64,000 nt of DNA, taken from the NCBI GenBank assembly GCA_963700285.1, contig CAVOXA010000010.1, positions 480,001 to 544,000 on the forward strand, given 5' to 3'. Below, piece by piece: positions 40,362-49,526 of the stretch; positions within the stretch are counted from its first letter, which is position 1; every line of letters begins with the position of its first letter. Both the position numbers and the translations under genes were made by a program. The notes under the pieces are model-generated. The model was not told where the DNA came from. It saw nothing but the letters and a program-made list of their open reading frames with translations, and made no database searches. The stretch is from an uncultured Chloroflexia bacterium (GTDB lineage: Bacteria > Chloroflexota > Anaerolineae > JAAYZQ01).

Positions 40362-40388
40362 AACATCCTCCTGCAGAAAGGGAAGCCC

Positions 40389-41192
40389 ATGTCACTCTAT
40401 TTCCAACACCAAACTTCACCAGAGATCGCGGAAGCCGCGGAACGCAATACGCTCATTCTCCTACCCGTGGGACAGATCGAGGAGCACGGACCCCATCTGC
40501 CTCTGGAGTGCGACTGTATCATCGCCCGGGAAACGGCGCGGGTCGTGGCCGAAAAGATTGCCCCCGAGATTCCCGTCCTGGTCCTGCCGACCGTCTGGAC
40601 AGCCTACACCGTGCAACAGGTGGCGCGCTGGCCTGGCCTGATCACCTTCCGCGAGCCGGAGCCAATGATCCAGATGATCTATGATATCCTGGCCTCGCTG
40701 GTGCAGAATGGATTCCAGCGGATCGTCATCGTCAACGCCCACGGCAACAATCCGGCCATCCTGGAACTGGCCTGTCGCAAGATCGGCAGCGATTTTGACG
40801 TTTTCCCGGCACTGACCTATGTGCTGGGCATGAGCAAGACCATTGGCTCGAAGGTAAGAAAATCGGAACCGGGTGGCTGCGGCGGCCATGCAGGGGAAGA
40901 AGAAACCGCTCTCCTGCTCCATCTAACGCCGGACCTGGTTCGGATGGAGCGAGCCACGGATCAGGACATCGTCCAGTACCGGACGCGTTTTTTCCCGGGG
41001 GACATCTATGCCGAAATCCCAGACCGCGTAAGCGGGCTCTATTGGTCCACGTGGGGGGTTGTCGAGTCCGAAACGGGGGTATATGGGGACCCGACTGCGG
41101 CCACAGCCGAAACTGGCAAAGCGCTGTTCGACGAGATTGTCAAGAACTATGTGGACTTTTTGCGAGAGTATTGCACGCACAGTACATCGTAG
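40389..41192 (+). CDS. Creatininase-family amidohydrolase
   Basis: EEHGPHLP..D, NAHGNN, HAGEEET, GVYGDP. Confidence 0.9.
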   Translation: MSLYFQHQTSPEIAEAAERNTLILLPVGQIEEHGPHLPLECDCIIARETARVVAEKIAPEIPVLVLPTVWTAYTVQQVARWPGLITFREPEPMIQMIYDILASLVQNGFQRIVIVNAHGNNPAILELACRKIGSDFDVFPALTYVLGMSKTIGSKVRKSEPGGCGGHAGEEETALLLHLTPDLVRMERATDQDIVQYRTRFFPGDIYAEIPDRVSGLYWSTWGVVESETGVYGDPTAATAETGKALFDEIVKNYVDFLREYCTHSTS

Positions 41193-41240
41193 AGAGCTAC
41201 ATGGAAAACTAAAGGAGCTACCGGAGGCAGAGGAAAGCCA

Positions 41241-42164
41241 ATGTCCAACGAGGCGCTTAGGAGCACTGCGTGGACTTGCGCGTTGGAACTTGATTCTGAC
41301 CGGTCCATCGTTGCCGGCAGCGAGGAGGCGCTGTGTGACGCGATCCGGTGCGGCGCCGATCTGCGGATCTACACCGAGTTCAGGCACAACGAGCACATTG
41401 ACCTGAACTCTGATAACGCGGAGCTGATCCGCGAAACAGCCGACTTTCGCGTGACCTACCTGGTGGAAGATCGCTGGGTAGCGGGCATCATTTCTCTGCG
41501 ACAGCCCATCAACCTGCCGGATGGCTTTGGCCCACGGCCATCCATGTCATTCTTCATGTACAACCAGAACGGCCAACAGGCCATCGCGCGACCCTACTTG
41601 GATGGCGGAACAGCGACGGGTACGCCCGGCCTCTCGCCGCCCAGCAACGAATTCGCGGCCATGCCCAGGTATCACCAGCAGGACAACTGGGATGCCGGGA
41701 CCAATGCGCCCAGCAGCAACTTTGTCTACGACTTTGACCTCTATTGCTTCTGGGTGTACGATGAATGGCGCCAAGTCCTGGCCCACGCCGCCGATGGCAC
41801 AGTTGAGTCAGGGTCCGTGGCTGCCCTAGCGGACGCATTTGCTCTCGGGTGTGAAGTTAAGGTAGGTGTGCGCGGGCTGTGCGCCGACCTTGTCCAGGAT
41901 CGAGCGCCGGTCCAACCGCATGAGGTTTTTGTGCACATGGGTTCGTGCTACTATTATACAGAAAGACGGTTGTTCCTGGCTGCCAGCCACCCCGTCGTTC
42001 GAACCAGGCCCGCGATCCCAATGCGCTACGCAAGCCAGGGCTGGGACTTTGGCTGGCTGATGCCGAGGACTGATGGCTTGGTAGCAGGCTTGATCTATGA
42101 TCCCTATACACTGCGATACCGCCGAACCGAGGGACATCACGCCCTTCGTTGGTTTGTCCGATAA
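41241..42164 (+). CDS. Hypothetical protein with two-fold internal repeat
   Basis: 307-aa ORF in operon context; W..L....D.....GS..AL.DA...G pattern occurs twice. Confidence 0.75.
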   Translation: MSNEALRSTAWTCALELDSDRSIVAGSEEALCDAIRCGADLRIYTEFRHNEHIDLNSDNAELIRETADFRVTYLVEDRWVAGIISLRQPINLPDGFGPRPSMSFFMYNQNGQQAIARPYLDGGTATGTPGLSPPSNEFAAMPRYHQQDNWDAGTNAPSSNFVYDFDLYCFWVYDEWRQVLAHAADGTVESGSVAALADAFALGCEVKVGVRGLCADLVQDRAPVQPHEVFVHMGSCYYYTERRLFLAASHPVVRTRPAIPMRYASQGWDFGWLMPRTDGLVAGLIYDPYTLRYRRTEGHHALRWFVR

Positions 42165-42195
42165 ACCAGCGAGGCAGTAGTTGGAGATGAATGCT

Positions 42196-43473
42196 ATGAC
42201 CAAAGAAACTGCTTTCACCATGACATCAGCCAATATCAAATATGGTCCGGGCGTGACACGCGAGGTGGGCTACGATATGGTACAGCTTGGTGCGACCCGG
42301 GTTATGGTCGTGACCGATCCTTATCTGGCCAATAGCGAGCCGGTGGCCATCGTCCTTAGTGCACTTCGCTCACGGGGACTGGAGGCCGTGTTATTTGATG
42401 GGGTGCGTATCGAGCCTACGGATCTTTCTTTCAACGAGGCCATCCAATTCGCCATTGAGGGAAAGTTTGATGGATATGTGGCTGTGGGTGGCGGTTCCAG
42501 CATGGACACAGCCAAAGTGGCCAACCTGTATGCCACCTACCCGGCTGAGCTTCTGGCCTACGTGAACCCGCCCATCGGCGAGGGGCGCCCAGTTCCCGGC
42601 GCGCTGAAACCACTCATCGCCGTGCCGACCACGGCTGGCACGGGAAGTGAGACGACCGGTGTGGCGATCTTTGACCTATTGGAGATGCACGCCAAGACGG
42701 GCATTGCGCATCGTGCCTTGCGTCCGGTGATGGGTATTGTAGACCCAGAGAACACGCGCACGCTGCCGAGAATGGTGGCTGCCTGCACCGGCTGGGATAT
42801 CCTGTGCCACGCCCTGGAATCCCTCACAGCGCTGCCCTTCAACCGGCGGACGGCTGCGGCGGACCCGGGCCTACGGCCCGCTTACCAGGGGGCCAACCCT
42901 ATCAGCGACATCTGGGCTGCCCGAGCTATTGAAATGGTCGCACACAACATGATACAGGTGCTGGATGACCCAACCAACAACAATGCTCGCGGTATGATGC
43001 TGCTGGCTGCTACCTTTGCCGGCATCGGTTTTGGCAACGCTGGGGTTCATCTACCCCACGGTATGTCGTACCCCGTAGCCGGCATGGTCCGGGGCTATAG
43101 GCCGGAAGGGTATCCGGTAGATCATCCCATGATCCCCCACGGTATGGCCGTCACCCTCAACGCTCCCGCCGTGTTCCGCTTTGCGGCGCAGGCCGATCCG
43201 ATGAAGCACCTATACGCGGCGATGCTCATGGGCGCGGACGTGTCCGATGCGAAACCCGATGAGGCAGGAGATTTGTTGTCCGGTGCCATTGTCGATCTGA
43301 TGCGCCAGACGGGAATGCCCAACGGCCTGAGCGCTGTAGGCTATGGTCCGGATGATGTCAGTGATCTGGTGGCGGGAACGCTGCCCCAGCACCGGGTAAC
43401 CAAACTGTCGCCCCGCCCAGCGGATGCCAGGGATCTTGAGCATCTTTTCCTTGACTCAATGACCTGTTGGTAG
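42196..43473 (+). CDS. Hydroxyacid-oxoacid transhydrogenase (Fe-ADH family)
   Basis: GGGSSMDTAK, PTTAGTGSETTG, CHALES, RPAYQGANPISD, GNAGVHLPHGMSYP, PHG. Confidence 0.9.
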   Translation: MTKETAFTMTSANIKYGPGVTREVGYDMVQLGATRVMVVTDPYLANSEPVAIVLSALRSRGLEAVLFDGVRIEPTDLSFNEAIQFAIEGKFDGYVAVGGGSSMDTAKVANLYATYPAELLAYVNPPIGEGRPVPGALKPLIAVPTTAGTGSETTGVAIFDLLEMHAKTGIAHRALRPVMGIVDPENTRTLPRMVAACTGWDILCHALESLTALPFNRRTAAADPGLRPAYQGANPISDIWAARAIEMVAHNMIQVLDDPTNNNARGMMLLAATFAGIGFGNAGVHLPHGMSYPVAGMVRGYRPEGYPVDHPMIPHGMAVTLNAPAVFRFAAQADPMKHLYAAMLMGADVSDAKPDEAGDLLSGAIVDLMRQTGMPNGLSAVGYGPDDVSDLVAGTLPQHRVTKLSPRPADARDLEHLFLDSMTCW

Positions 43474-43506
43474 GCTAGCCACGGGCGCAGTTGAGGGACG
43501 AGCCTT

Positions 43507-44700
43507 ATGCCAGAGATGACGACACGCGAACGGTTGATGACAGCCCTACGGGGCGGGGTGCCGGACAGGGTACCCTGTTTCCCGTCCATTATCCGTTGGG
43601 TTCGCTTTCATCACGGCTGCACCTGCCCCCGCCACCAGCTCAAGGTAGCGGAGGAGTTTGGTTTCGACGCGCTGATCAATTATGGCCAGTACACCTGGCA
43701 ATCAGTGAGCAATGACTATGTCTATGCGCCCGGCGGCTACAGCTACTCTGCGACCGGGCTCTATGGGGATCTCCCCCAAGTAGACGTCGAACTGCAGATC
43801 AGGAACGAAGAAAGCTGCGTCTGGTGCGAGCGTACCTTCCGCACGCCAGGTGGCGATCTGCACGACGTCGTCCAGTGGGCCCGGCCCAATGCAGGCTATG
43901 GTGACGGTCCCAATCCCCATCGCATGGAACCCTTGGTCAAGAACCAGGCTGATCTGGAAGCGCTCAGATACCTGTTCCCGGAACCCCGCCAGGACCTTAT
44001 TGACGACATCCCGCTGGTATTAGAGGAGGTCGGGGAGCGGGCGCTGGTCGCCGCGCTGGACTGCACCCACGCTGGCAGTTGGGGCATGGAGTCCCTCGGC
44101 CCTGAGGGCATGCTGATCGCCTCAGTGACCGACCCGGTCCTGCTCCAGAGCGTATGCCGGCTGGCGCAAGACGTCCATCTCAGGAATCTGCAACTGATGC
44201 TGGAACAGGGGATCCAGGTTGTCTACGATAGCTGGTTCCAGTGCGGCCCATCAGTCGGCTGGTCGCCCCAGACCTACCGAGAGATCTTTTGGCCACTGGT
44301 CAAAGAGGCCGTGGACCTGGCGCACCAATACGAGGCCGTCTACATCTACCAGGACGACGGGCGTATGCGCGACATTATCCCCCTGGTCGTAGAAGCGGGC
44401 GTCGACGTTCTGGGCGGACTGCAGCCACCGGATCTGGGCGACGTGGTCTTGAGGGAGACCAAGGAGGCGTATGGGGATCAGGTCGCGCTTTTGGGCGGGC
44501 TGGACCCGGTGTACACCTTTGACCTGGGCACCGTCGAAATCGTACAAGATAAGGTGCGGCAAGCGATTGCTGACGCCGCGGCGGGTGGCGGCTATGTATT
44601 GGGCACCGGCGAAGCAGTCGCCCCCGAGACGCCAGCTAAAAGCCTGCGAGCCGCCGTTGAGGCGGCACAGGCCTATGGGGTCTATGGGCAGGATCTATAA
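43507..44700 (+). CDS. URO-D/MtaA-fold protein 6
   Basis: TTRERL..PDRVP, TPGGDL, QDDG, LLGGLD, GGYVLGTGE. Confidence 0.83.
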   Translation: MPEMTTRERLMTALRGGVPDRVPCFPSIIRWVRFHHGCTCPRHQLKVAEEFGFDALINYGQYTWQSVSNDYVYAPGGYSYSATGLYGDLPQVDVELQIRNEESCVWCERTFRTPGGDLHDVVQWARPNAGYGDGPNPHRMEPLVKNQADLEALRYLFPEPRQDLIDDIPLVLEEVGERALVAALDCTHAGSWGMESLGPEGMLIASVTDPVLLQSVCRLAQDVHLRNLQLMLEQGIQVVYDSWFQCGPSVGWSPQTYREIFWPLVKEAVDLAHQYEAVYIYQDDGRMRDIIPLVVEAGVDVLGGLQPPDLGDVVLRETKEAYGDQVALLGGLDPVYTFDLGTVEIVQDKVRQAIADAAAGGGYVLGTGEAVAPETPAKSLRAAVEAAQAYGVYGQDL

Positions 44701-44841
44701 CCATCCTCCCGCAGGCTCGGTGCAGAGAGCACTATCATGGAGAAAAGCCAGGAGATTCAAGCAGCGAGCCAGAATTGGGGCCAGTCTGTGGGAGGGTCGC
44801 CGTAGAGGGGACATGTCGCCCAGGAGAATCGGAGCGAGAGC

Positions 44842-45148
44842 ATGACAGCAGAATCAGGAACAGGCGACGAGGTGATCGTTCAGGCCTACACCTTTTGCGC
44901 AACAGCCATCCCTTTCGGCGAGACGGGCGCCCAGATCATCTGGGCCGACATCGATCCCGAGACCTGGACCGTTGATCCCTGGGACATTGAAGAAAAAACC
45001 AGAGCGGATAAAAGCCATCGTGGTGGTGCACATCCTGGGCATGCCGGTGGACATGCCAGCTGTCATGAAAATTACCAAAAAGTACGGGCTGCGGGTCATT
45101 GTGGTTTCTTCGGTGAAAGCGGCGATTTCACACCTGAGGGATAAATAG
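44842..45148 (+). pseudogene. Internal remnant of a DegT-family aminotransferase
   Basis: GDEVIVQAYTFCATA..ADIDP, then shifted KAIVVVHILGMPVDM; N-terminus and PLP-Lys half absent. Confidence 0.8.
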
Positions 45149-45166
45149 GTAGGGCAGGATGCAGCG

Positions 45167-46078
45167 ATGAACAGACAGAGGTTGCACAACACCGATCTTG
45201 AGGTTTCGCCCCTTTGCCTGGGGACAATGACCTTTGGTACGCCGGTTGGCGAAAAGCAAGCCGTCAAGTTGACCCGGTGGGCCATCGAGCAAGGGATTAA
45301 CTTTATCGACACCGCCAATATATACGAAGGCTACAACCGTTTCGTGGGGTCGCCTGGTGGCGTGGCAGAGACGATCCTGGGCAGGGCGCTGCGGGGCCAA
45401 AGGCAACAAGTCGTCCTGGCCTCAAAGGTCGGAATGCAAATTGGTCCAGACGATGCGGATGGGGGCTTGGGCCGCGAACACATCCTACGTGAAGTGGATC
45501 GATCGCTGGCTCGGCTGCAATGCGAGTACCTGGATCTCTATTACATGCACGAACCGGATCCAGAGACCAAGCTGGCCGAATCGATCAAGGCATTCGACGA
45601 CCTCATCCAGGCCGGAAAGATCCGTTACTGGGGAGTCTCAAACTTTTCGGCCGGGCAGCTTGGGGAGCTGCTGCGCACGTGCGACGAAAACGTCTGGCGC
45701 CGGCCTGTGGCCGCCCAGCCGCCCTATAGCCTGCTCAATCGCGAGGCGGAGCAGGACCTACTGCCGCTGTGCCACCACGAGCGGATCGCGGTGGTGCCGT
45801 ACCAGGTGCTGCAGGGCGGGTTGCTGACGGGCAAGTACCAGCGCAACGATGTACCGCCACCCGGCTCGCGCAAGGCAGAAAAACCTGATTGGGTCTGGGA
45901 TCTGACCGGCGAGCGGTTTGATCAACTGGAGGGCCTCGAGGCACAGGCGCAGGCGCAAAACCGCACACTGATGGAACATGCCATCAAAGCGGTGCTGAAC
46001 CATCCGGCGGTGGTTTCGGTCATCGTCGGGACCAAGCGCATCGATCAGTTACGGACCCTGATCGAGGTCGTCGCCTAG
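45167..46078 (+). CDS. Aldo/keto reductase
   Basis: LGTMTFG, IDTANIY, LASKVG, DLYYMH, GVSNF, GGLLTGKY. Confidence 0.93.
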   Translation: MNRQRLHNTDLEVSPLCLGTMTFGTPVGEKQAVKLTRWAIEQGINFIDTANIYEGYNRFVGSPGGVAETILGRALRGQRQQVVLASKVGMQIGPDDADGGLGREHILREVDRSLARLQCEYLDLYYMHEPDPETKLAESIKAFDDLIQAGKIRYWGVSNFSAGQLGELLRTCDENVWRRPVAAQPPYSLLNREAEQDLLPLCHHERIAVVPYQVLQGGLLTGKYQRNDVPPPGSRKAEKPDWVWDLTGERFDQLEGLEAQAQAQNRTLMEHAIKAVLNHPAVVSVIVGTKRIDQLRTLIEVVA

Positions 46079-46128
46079 CCGGCACACGATAGCCAAGAGA
46101 GCAAACGAACCTATGAGGGAGTTGTAGC

Positions 46129-47355
46129 ATGTCCACGAGATCCTGGCGATTCGGTGACGAGGAACTGGGCTATATCAAAGAGGTACTGGATTCCGGTTTT
46201 GGCGCCGCCACGTCCGGGAGCATGAACCAGCGGTTGGAGCGGGCGTTTGCCAAAAGGTTTGGTGTCCGGTACGCCATCACCCACAGCAACGGTACCGCGA
46301 CCATGCACTCTTGCCTGGCAGCGGTGGGAGTAGGACCGGGTGATGAGGTCATTGTCCCAGCACTGACGGTCATTTCTAACGCCTACGTCGTGCTGCACCA
46401 AAATGCTGTCCCTGTTTTCGCCGATATCGACCCCCACACGTTCAACATCGATCCGAAGGACGTGGCCCGGAAAATTACGCCCCGAACCAAAGCCATCATC
46501 CCAGTAGGACTCTATGGCCTGCCGCCCGACCTGGACCCCATCATGGCGCTGGCGGAAGAACACAATCTATACGTCATCGAGGACAACGCCCAGTGCTACT
46601 TGGGAGAGTACAAAGGTCGATTGGCGGGCTCTATCGGCCACATGGCCAGCTTTAGCTTTGAGAACTCGAAACACATGACCACCGGCGACGGGGGCATTGT
46701 GATTACTGATGACGAGGGGCTGGCCAAGAAAATACGCAAGTTCCACGGGATTGGATTCTCGACCATCGAGGCCGACGAAGGTCGCGTCCGGTTGCAGAGG
46801 GACGACTTCCAGAACCCGAATTTTGAGCGGCACGATGGCTTTGGCTGGCAATACCGGCTGCCAGAGGTGGCAGCCGCCATTGGGCTGGCCCAACTGGAGC
46901 GTTTGGACGAATATGTTGCCAGACGGCAGGTCATCGCCGCCATGTACTCAGCAGCCATTCAGGGCTGCGCCTACCTGGTTCCCCAGCAAGTTCCGAATGA
47001 TTATGTAAATTCCTATTATACCTTTGCCATGTTATACGAGGGCCAGGAGTCCATGGGCGTTCCCTGGGTGGATTTTCGCCGCAAGTATATCGAATTGGGA
47101 GGCGATGGCTTTTACGCAGCCTGGCAGGTCACCTACAACGAGCCGGCGGTCAGGGATATGGCCTTTTACGGCAAGGGGTGCCCAGTTCACTGCCCGCTAT
47201 ACGAAGGTCCGAAAGTCGAATGGGGACCAGGCCTTTGTCCCGTCGCGGATCGCCTGCAACCCAAACTGATGCAGCTAAAGACCAACTATGGCAACCTGGA
47301 AGAGGCCGAGCGCAAGGCGGATGCGCTCAGTCGCACCATCGACTACTATGCCTGA
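46129..47355 (+). CDS. DegT/DnrJ/EryC1/StrS PLP aminotransferase
   Basis: SNGTAT, GPGDEVIVP, IEDNAQ, SFENSKHMTTGDGG, GWQYRL. Confidence 0.92.
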   Translation: MSTRSWRFGDEELGYIKEVLDSGFGAATSGSMNQRLERAFAKRFGVRYAITHSNGTATMHSCLAAVGVGPGDEVIVPALTVISNAYVVLHQNAVPVFADIDPHTFNIDPKDVARKITPRTKAIIPVGLYGLPPDLDPIMALAEEHNLYVIEDNAQCYLGEYKGRLAGSIGHMASFSFENSKHMTTGDGGIVITDDEGLAKKIRKFHGIGFSTIEADEGRVRLQRDDFQNPNFERHDGFGWQYRLPEVAAAIGLAQLERLDEYVARRQVIAAMYSAAIQGCAYLVPQQVPNDYVNSYYTFAMLYEGQESMGVPWVDFRRKYIELGGDGFYAAWQVTYNEPAVRDMAFYGKGCPVHCPLYEGPKVEWGPGLCPVADRLQPKLMQLKTNYGNLEEAERKADALSRTIDYYA

Positions 47356-47412
47356 CCCTGCGGACCTGCTGTAGGCCAGCTTTGTTAGGCCAATAAAAGA
47401 GGGGGTTGTAGT

Positions 47413-48321
47413 ATGGAATATCGTCGATTAGGAAGATCTGATCTCCATGTGAGTTCCATCGGGCTGGGCTCGGCCACCTTTGGGCGGGAGATCGACCAAG
47501 AAACATCTTTTACCGTTATGGATCGGGCGCTCGAAAGAGGCATCAACCTCATCGATACGGCCGAGGCTTACTCGGCCGGGGGGGCCGAAAAGGTTGTAGG
47601 CCAGTGGCTGGCAGACCGAGGTACCCGCGACCAGGTGGTCCTGGCCACCAAAGTGCACGGCCATCTCGGCCGGGAGCGCGTCCTGTCCTCAGCCGAGGAC
47701 AGCCTGCGCCGCCTCCAGACGGATCAGGTTGACCTGTTCCAGGTGCACAACTGGGACGGCGAAACGCCACTGGAGGAGACGCTAGAGGCCCTGCACTTGC
47801 TGGTAGAGCAGGGCAAAACCCGCTACATCGGCTGCAGCAACTATGCCGCCTGGCAGCTCTGCAAGGCCCTGTGGCGCGAGGACGCAAACGGTTGGGCCCG
47901 TCTGGAGTCTGTGCAGCCCAACTACAACCTGGTCACGCGCAATATCGAGACGGAGCTTCTCCCGCTCTGCGCTGACCAGGACGTTGGCGTAATCACCTAC
48001 AGCCCGTTGGCAGGCGGCTTCCTGACGGGCAAATACCGGGAAGGAGGCGGCATCCCATCGGGTACTCGCATGGATGTCGTGCCCCCGATGCAGGCACTCT
48101 ACTTCCACCAGGCCGGTTTCCGCATTATGGAGGGGCTGCGGGCCAAGGCAGAGGAGCTGGGCACATCGATGGTCCAACTCGGTCTGGCCTGGACCATCGG
48201 CCAGCCGGGCATCACCTCTGTCCTGATCGGCGCCCGCTCCACCGACCAGGTGGATCAGGCTTTTGAGGCTGAGGCGATGGATATATCGCCCGAACTCAGG
48301 GCCGACCTGAGTGCTATGTAA
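47413..48321 (+). CDS. Aldo/keto reductase
   Basis: IDTAEAY, LATKV, DLFQVH, GCSNY, YSPLAGGFLTGKY. Confidence 0.93.
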   Translation: MEYRRLGRSDLHVSSIGLGSATFGREIDQETSFTVMDRALERGINLIDTAEAYSAGGAEKVVGQWLADRGTRDQVVLATKVHGHLGRERVLSSAEDSLRRLQTDQVDLFQVHNWDGETPLEETLEALHLLVEQGKTRYIGCSNYAAWQLCKALWREDANGWARLESVQPNYNLVTRNIETELLPLCADQDVGVITYSPLAGGFLTGKYREGGGIPSGTRMDVVPPMQALYFHQAGFRIMEGLRAKAEELGTSMVQLGLAWTIGQPGITSVLIGARSTDQVDQAFEAEAMDISPELRADLSAM

Positions 48322-48368
48322 TCCCGAAATCTTGGCAAAGGTCGCATCGCCGAACACCAAAAACGCAA

Positions 48369-48397
48369 TTGCGAGGCGACGGATTCTGAGGTACTAT
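48369..48397 (+). promoter_or_regulatory. Putative sigma70 promoter upstream of the NanA-like gene
   Basis: TTGCGA-17 bp-TACTAT in an AT-richer intergenic stretch. Confidence 0.45.
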
Positions 48398-48461
48398 CAA
48401 CGGTTGAACAGCTCTTTGCAAGAATAGCTCAAAATAAACCAAAAAAGACAGGAGAACCACC

Positions 48462-49370
48462 ATGTTAAAGCTTACTGGCGTTATGCCCGCTCTGCTCACT
48501 CCCTTTGACGATGAAGGGGAAGTCAATCTGAGGGTCATCCGCGATCTCGTCGAATTCCACCTGGCAGCCGGCCTTACCGGCTTTTATATCCTCGGCAGCA
48601 CTGGTGAGGGATTGCTGCTCTCTGAAGCGGAACGGCGGTTGGTGACAGAAACCGTCGTCGATCAGGTCAAGGGCCGTGTCCCGGTGGTAGTCCACGTGGG
48701 TACCCTCTCAACCCGGGCCGCTTGCGACCTGGCCAGACACGCCCAGGAGGCAGGGGCCGATGGTACCAGCTCGATACCGCCCTTCTACTTCCGCGTGGGT
48801 GTGGAGGGTGTCAAGGAACACTATAAGGCCATTGGGGCCGCCTCCGGCCTGCCCTTCTACATCTATAACATTCCAGCAACCACCGGCGTCGACGTCACAG
48901 TTGACATCGTGCAGGACCTGATAGCCGAGATGCCCACCCTGCGGGGCATGAAATTCACCTCCTATGACTTTCGCCGGATGCGCCAGATCATCGACCTGGA
49001 CGGAGGACGCCTCAATGTCCTGTCCGGTCCGGACGAGATGATGATTGCCGCCCAGAGCATGGGCGCCGATGGCGCCATCGGCACCACCTACAACGCCCTA
49101 CCGCACACAGCCGTAAGGCTGTACGAGGCATTTCACGCCGGCGACATGGCCACGGCTCAGGCCATGCAGGGCAGGCTCAACTCGGTGATCAACCTCTTCC
49201 TGCAGATATCGTCCATCTCGGCCGTCAAGGAGATCATGCGCCTTATCGGCTTTGACTGCGGATCCGGGCGGAGGCCCTTTGCGCCCCTGACCGACGCGCA
49301 GAAGGGCTGGCTGAAGGAGCAACTGGAGGAAATCGGTTTCTTTGACTTTGCAGAGAGCCGCAGCGACTGA
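48462..49370 (+). CDS. nanA: N-acetylneuraminate lyase-like (DHDPS family)
   Basis: GSTGE, YNIP, GMKFTS (Schiff-base Lys), SGPDE (NanA-type GxDE), GAIGTTYN. Confidence 0.7.
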   Translation: MLKLTGVMPALLTPFDDEGEVNLRVIRDLVEFHLAAGLTGFYILGSTGEGLLLSEAERRLVTETVVDQVKGRVPVVVHVGTLSTRAACDLARHAQEAGADGTSSIPPFYFRVGVEGVKEHYKAIGAASGLPFYIYNIPATTGVDVTVDIVQDLIAEMPTLRGMKFTSYDFRRMRQIIDLDGGRLNVLSGPDEMMIAAQSMGADGAIGTTYNALPHTAVRLYEAFHAGDMATAQAMQGRLNSVINLFLQISSISAVKEIMRLIGFDCGSGRRPFAPLTDAQKGWLKEQLEEIGFFDFAESRSD

Positions 49371-49526
49371 ATCCGGCTATGGAGGAACAGCACCACACCC
49401 TCAGTAACGGCGAGGCGCTGAGGGTAGTGACACTTTCGGCTGGGGCGGGGGTGCCCCAGTCGAAAGTGGAAGCCGTCCATGATCTCGATATCTATGTCTG
49501 GCCAGGGTGAATGAGGGGTAACAACC

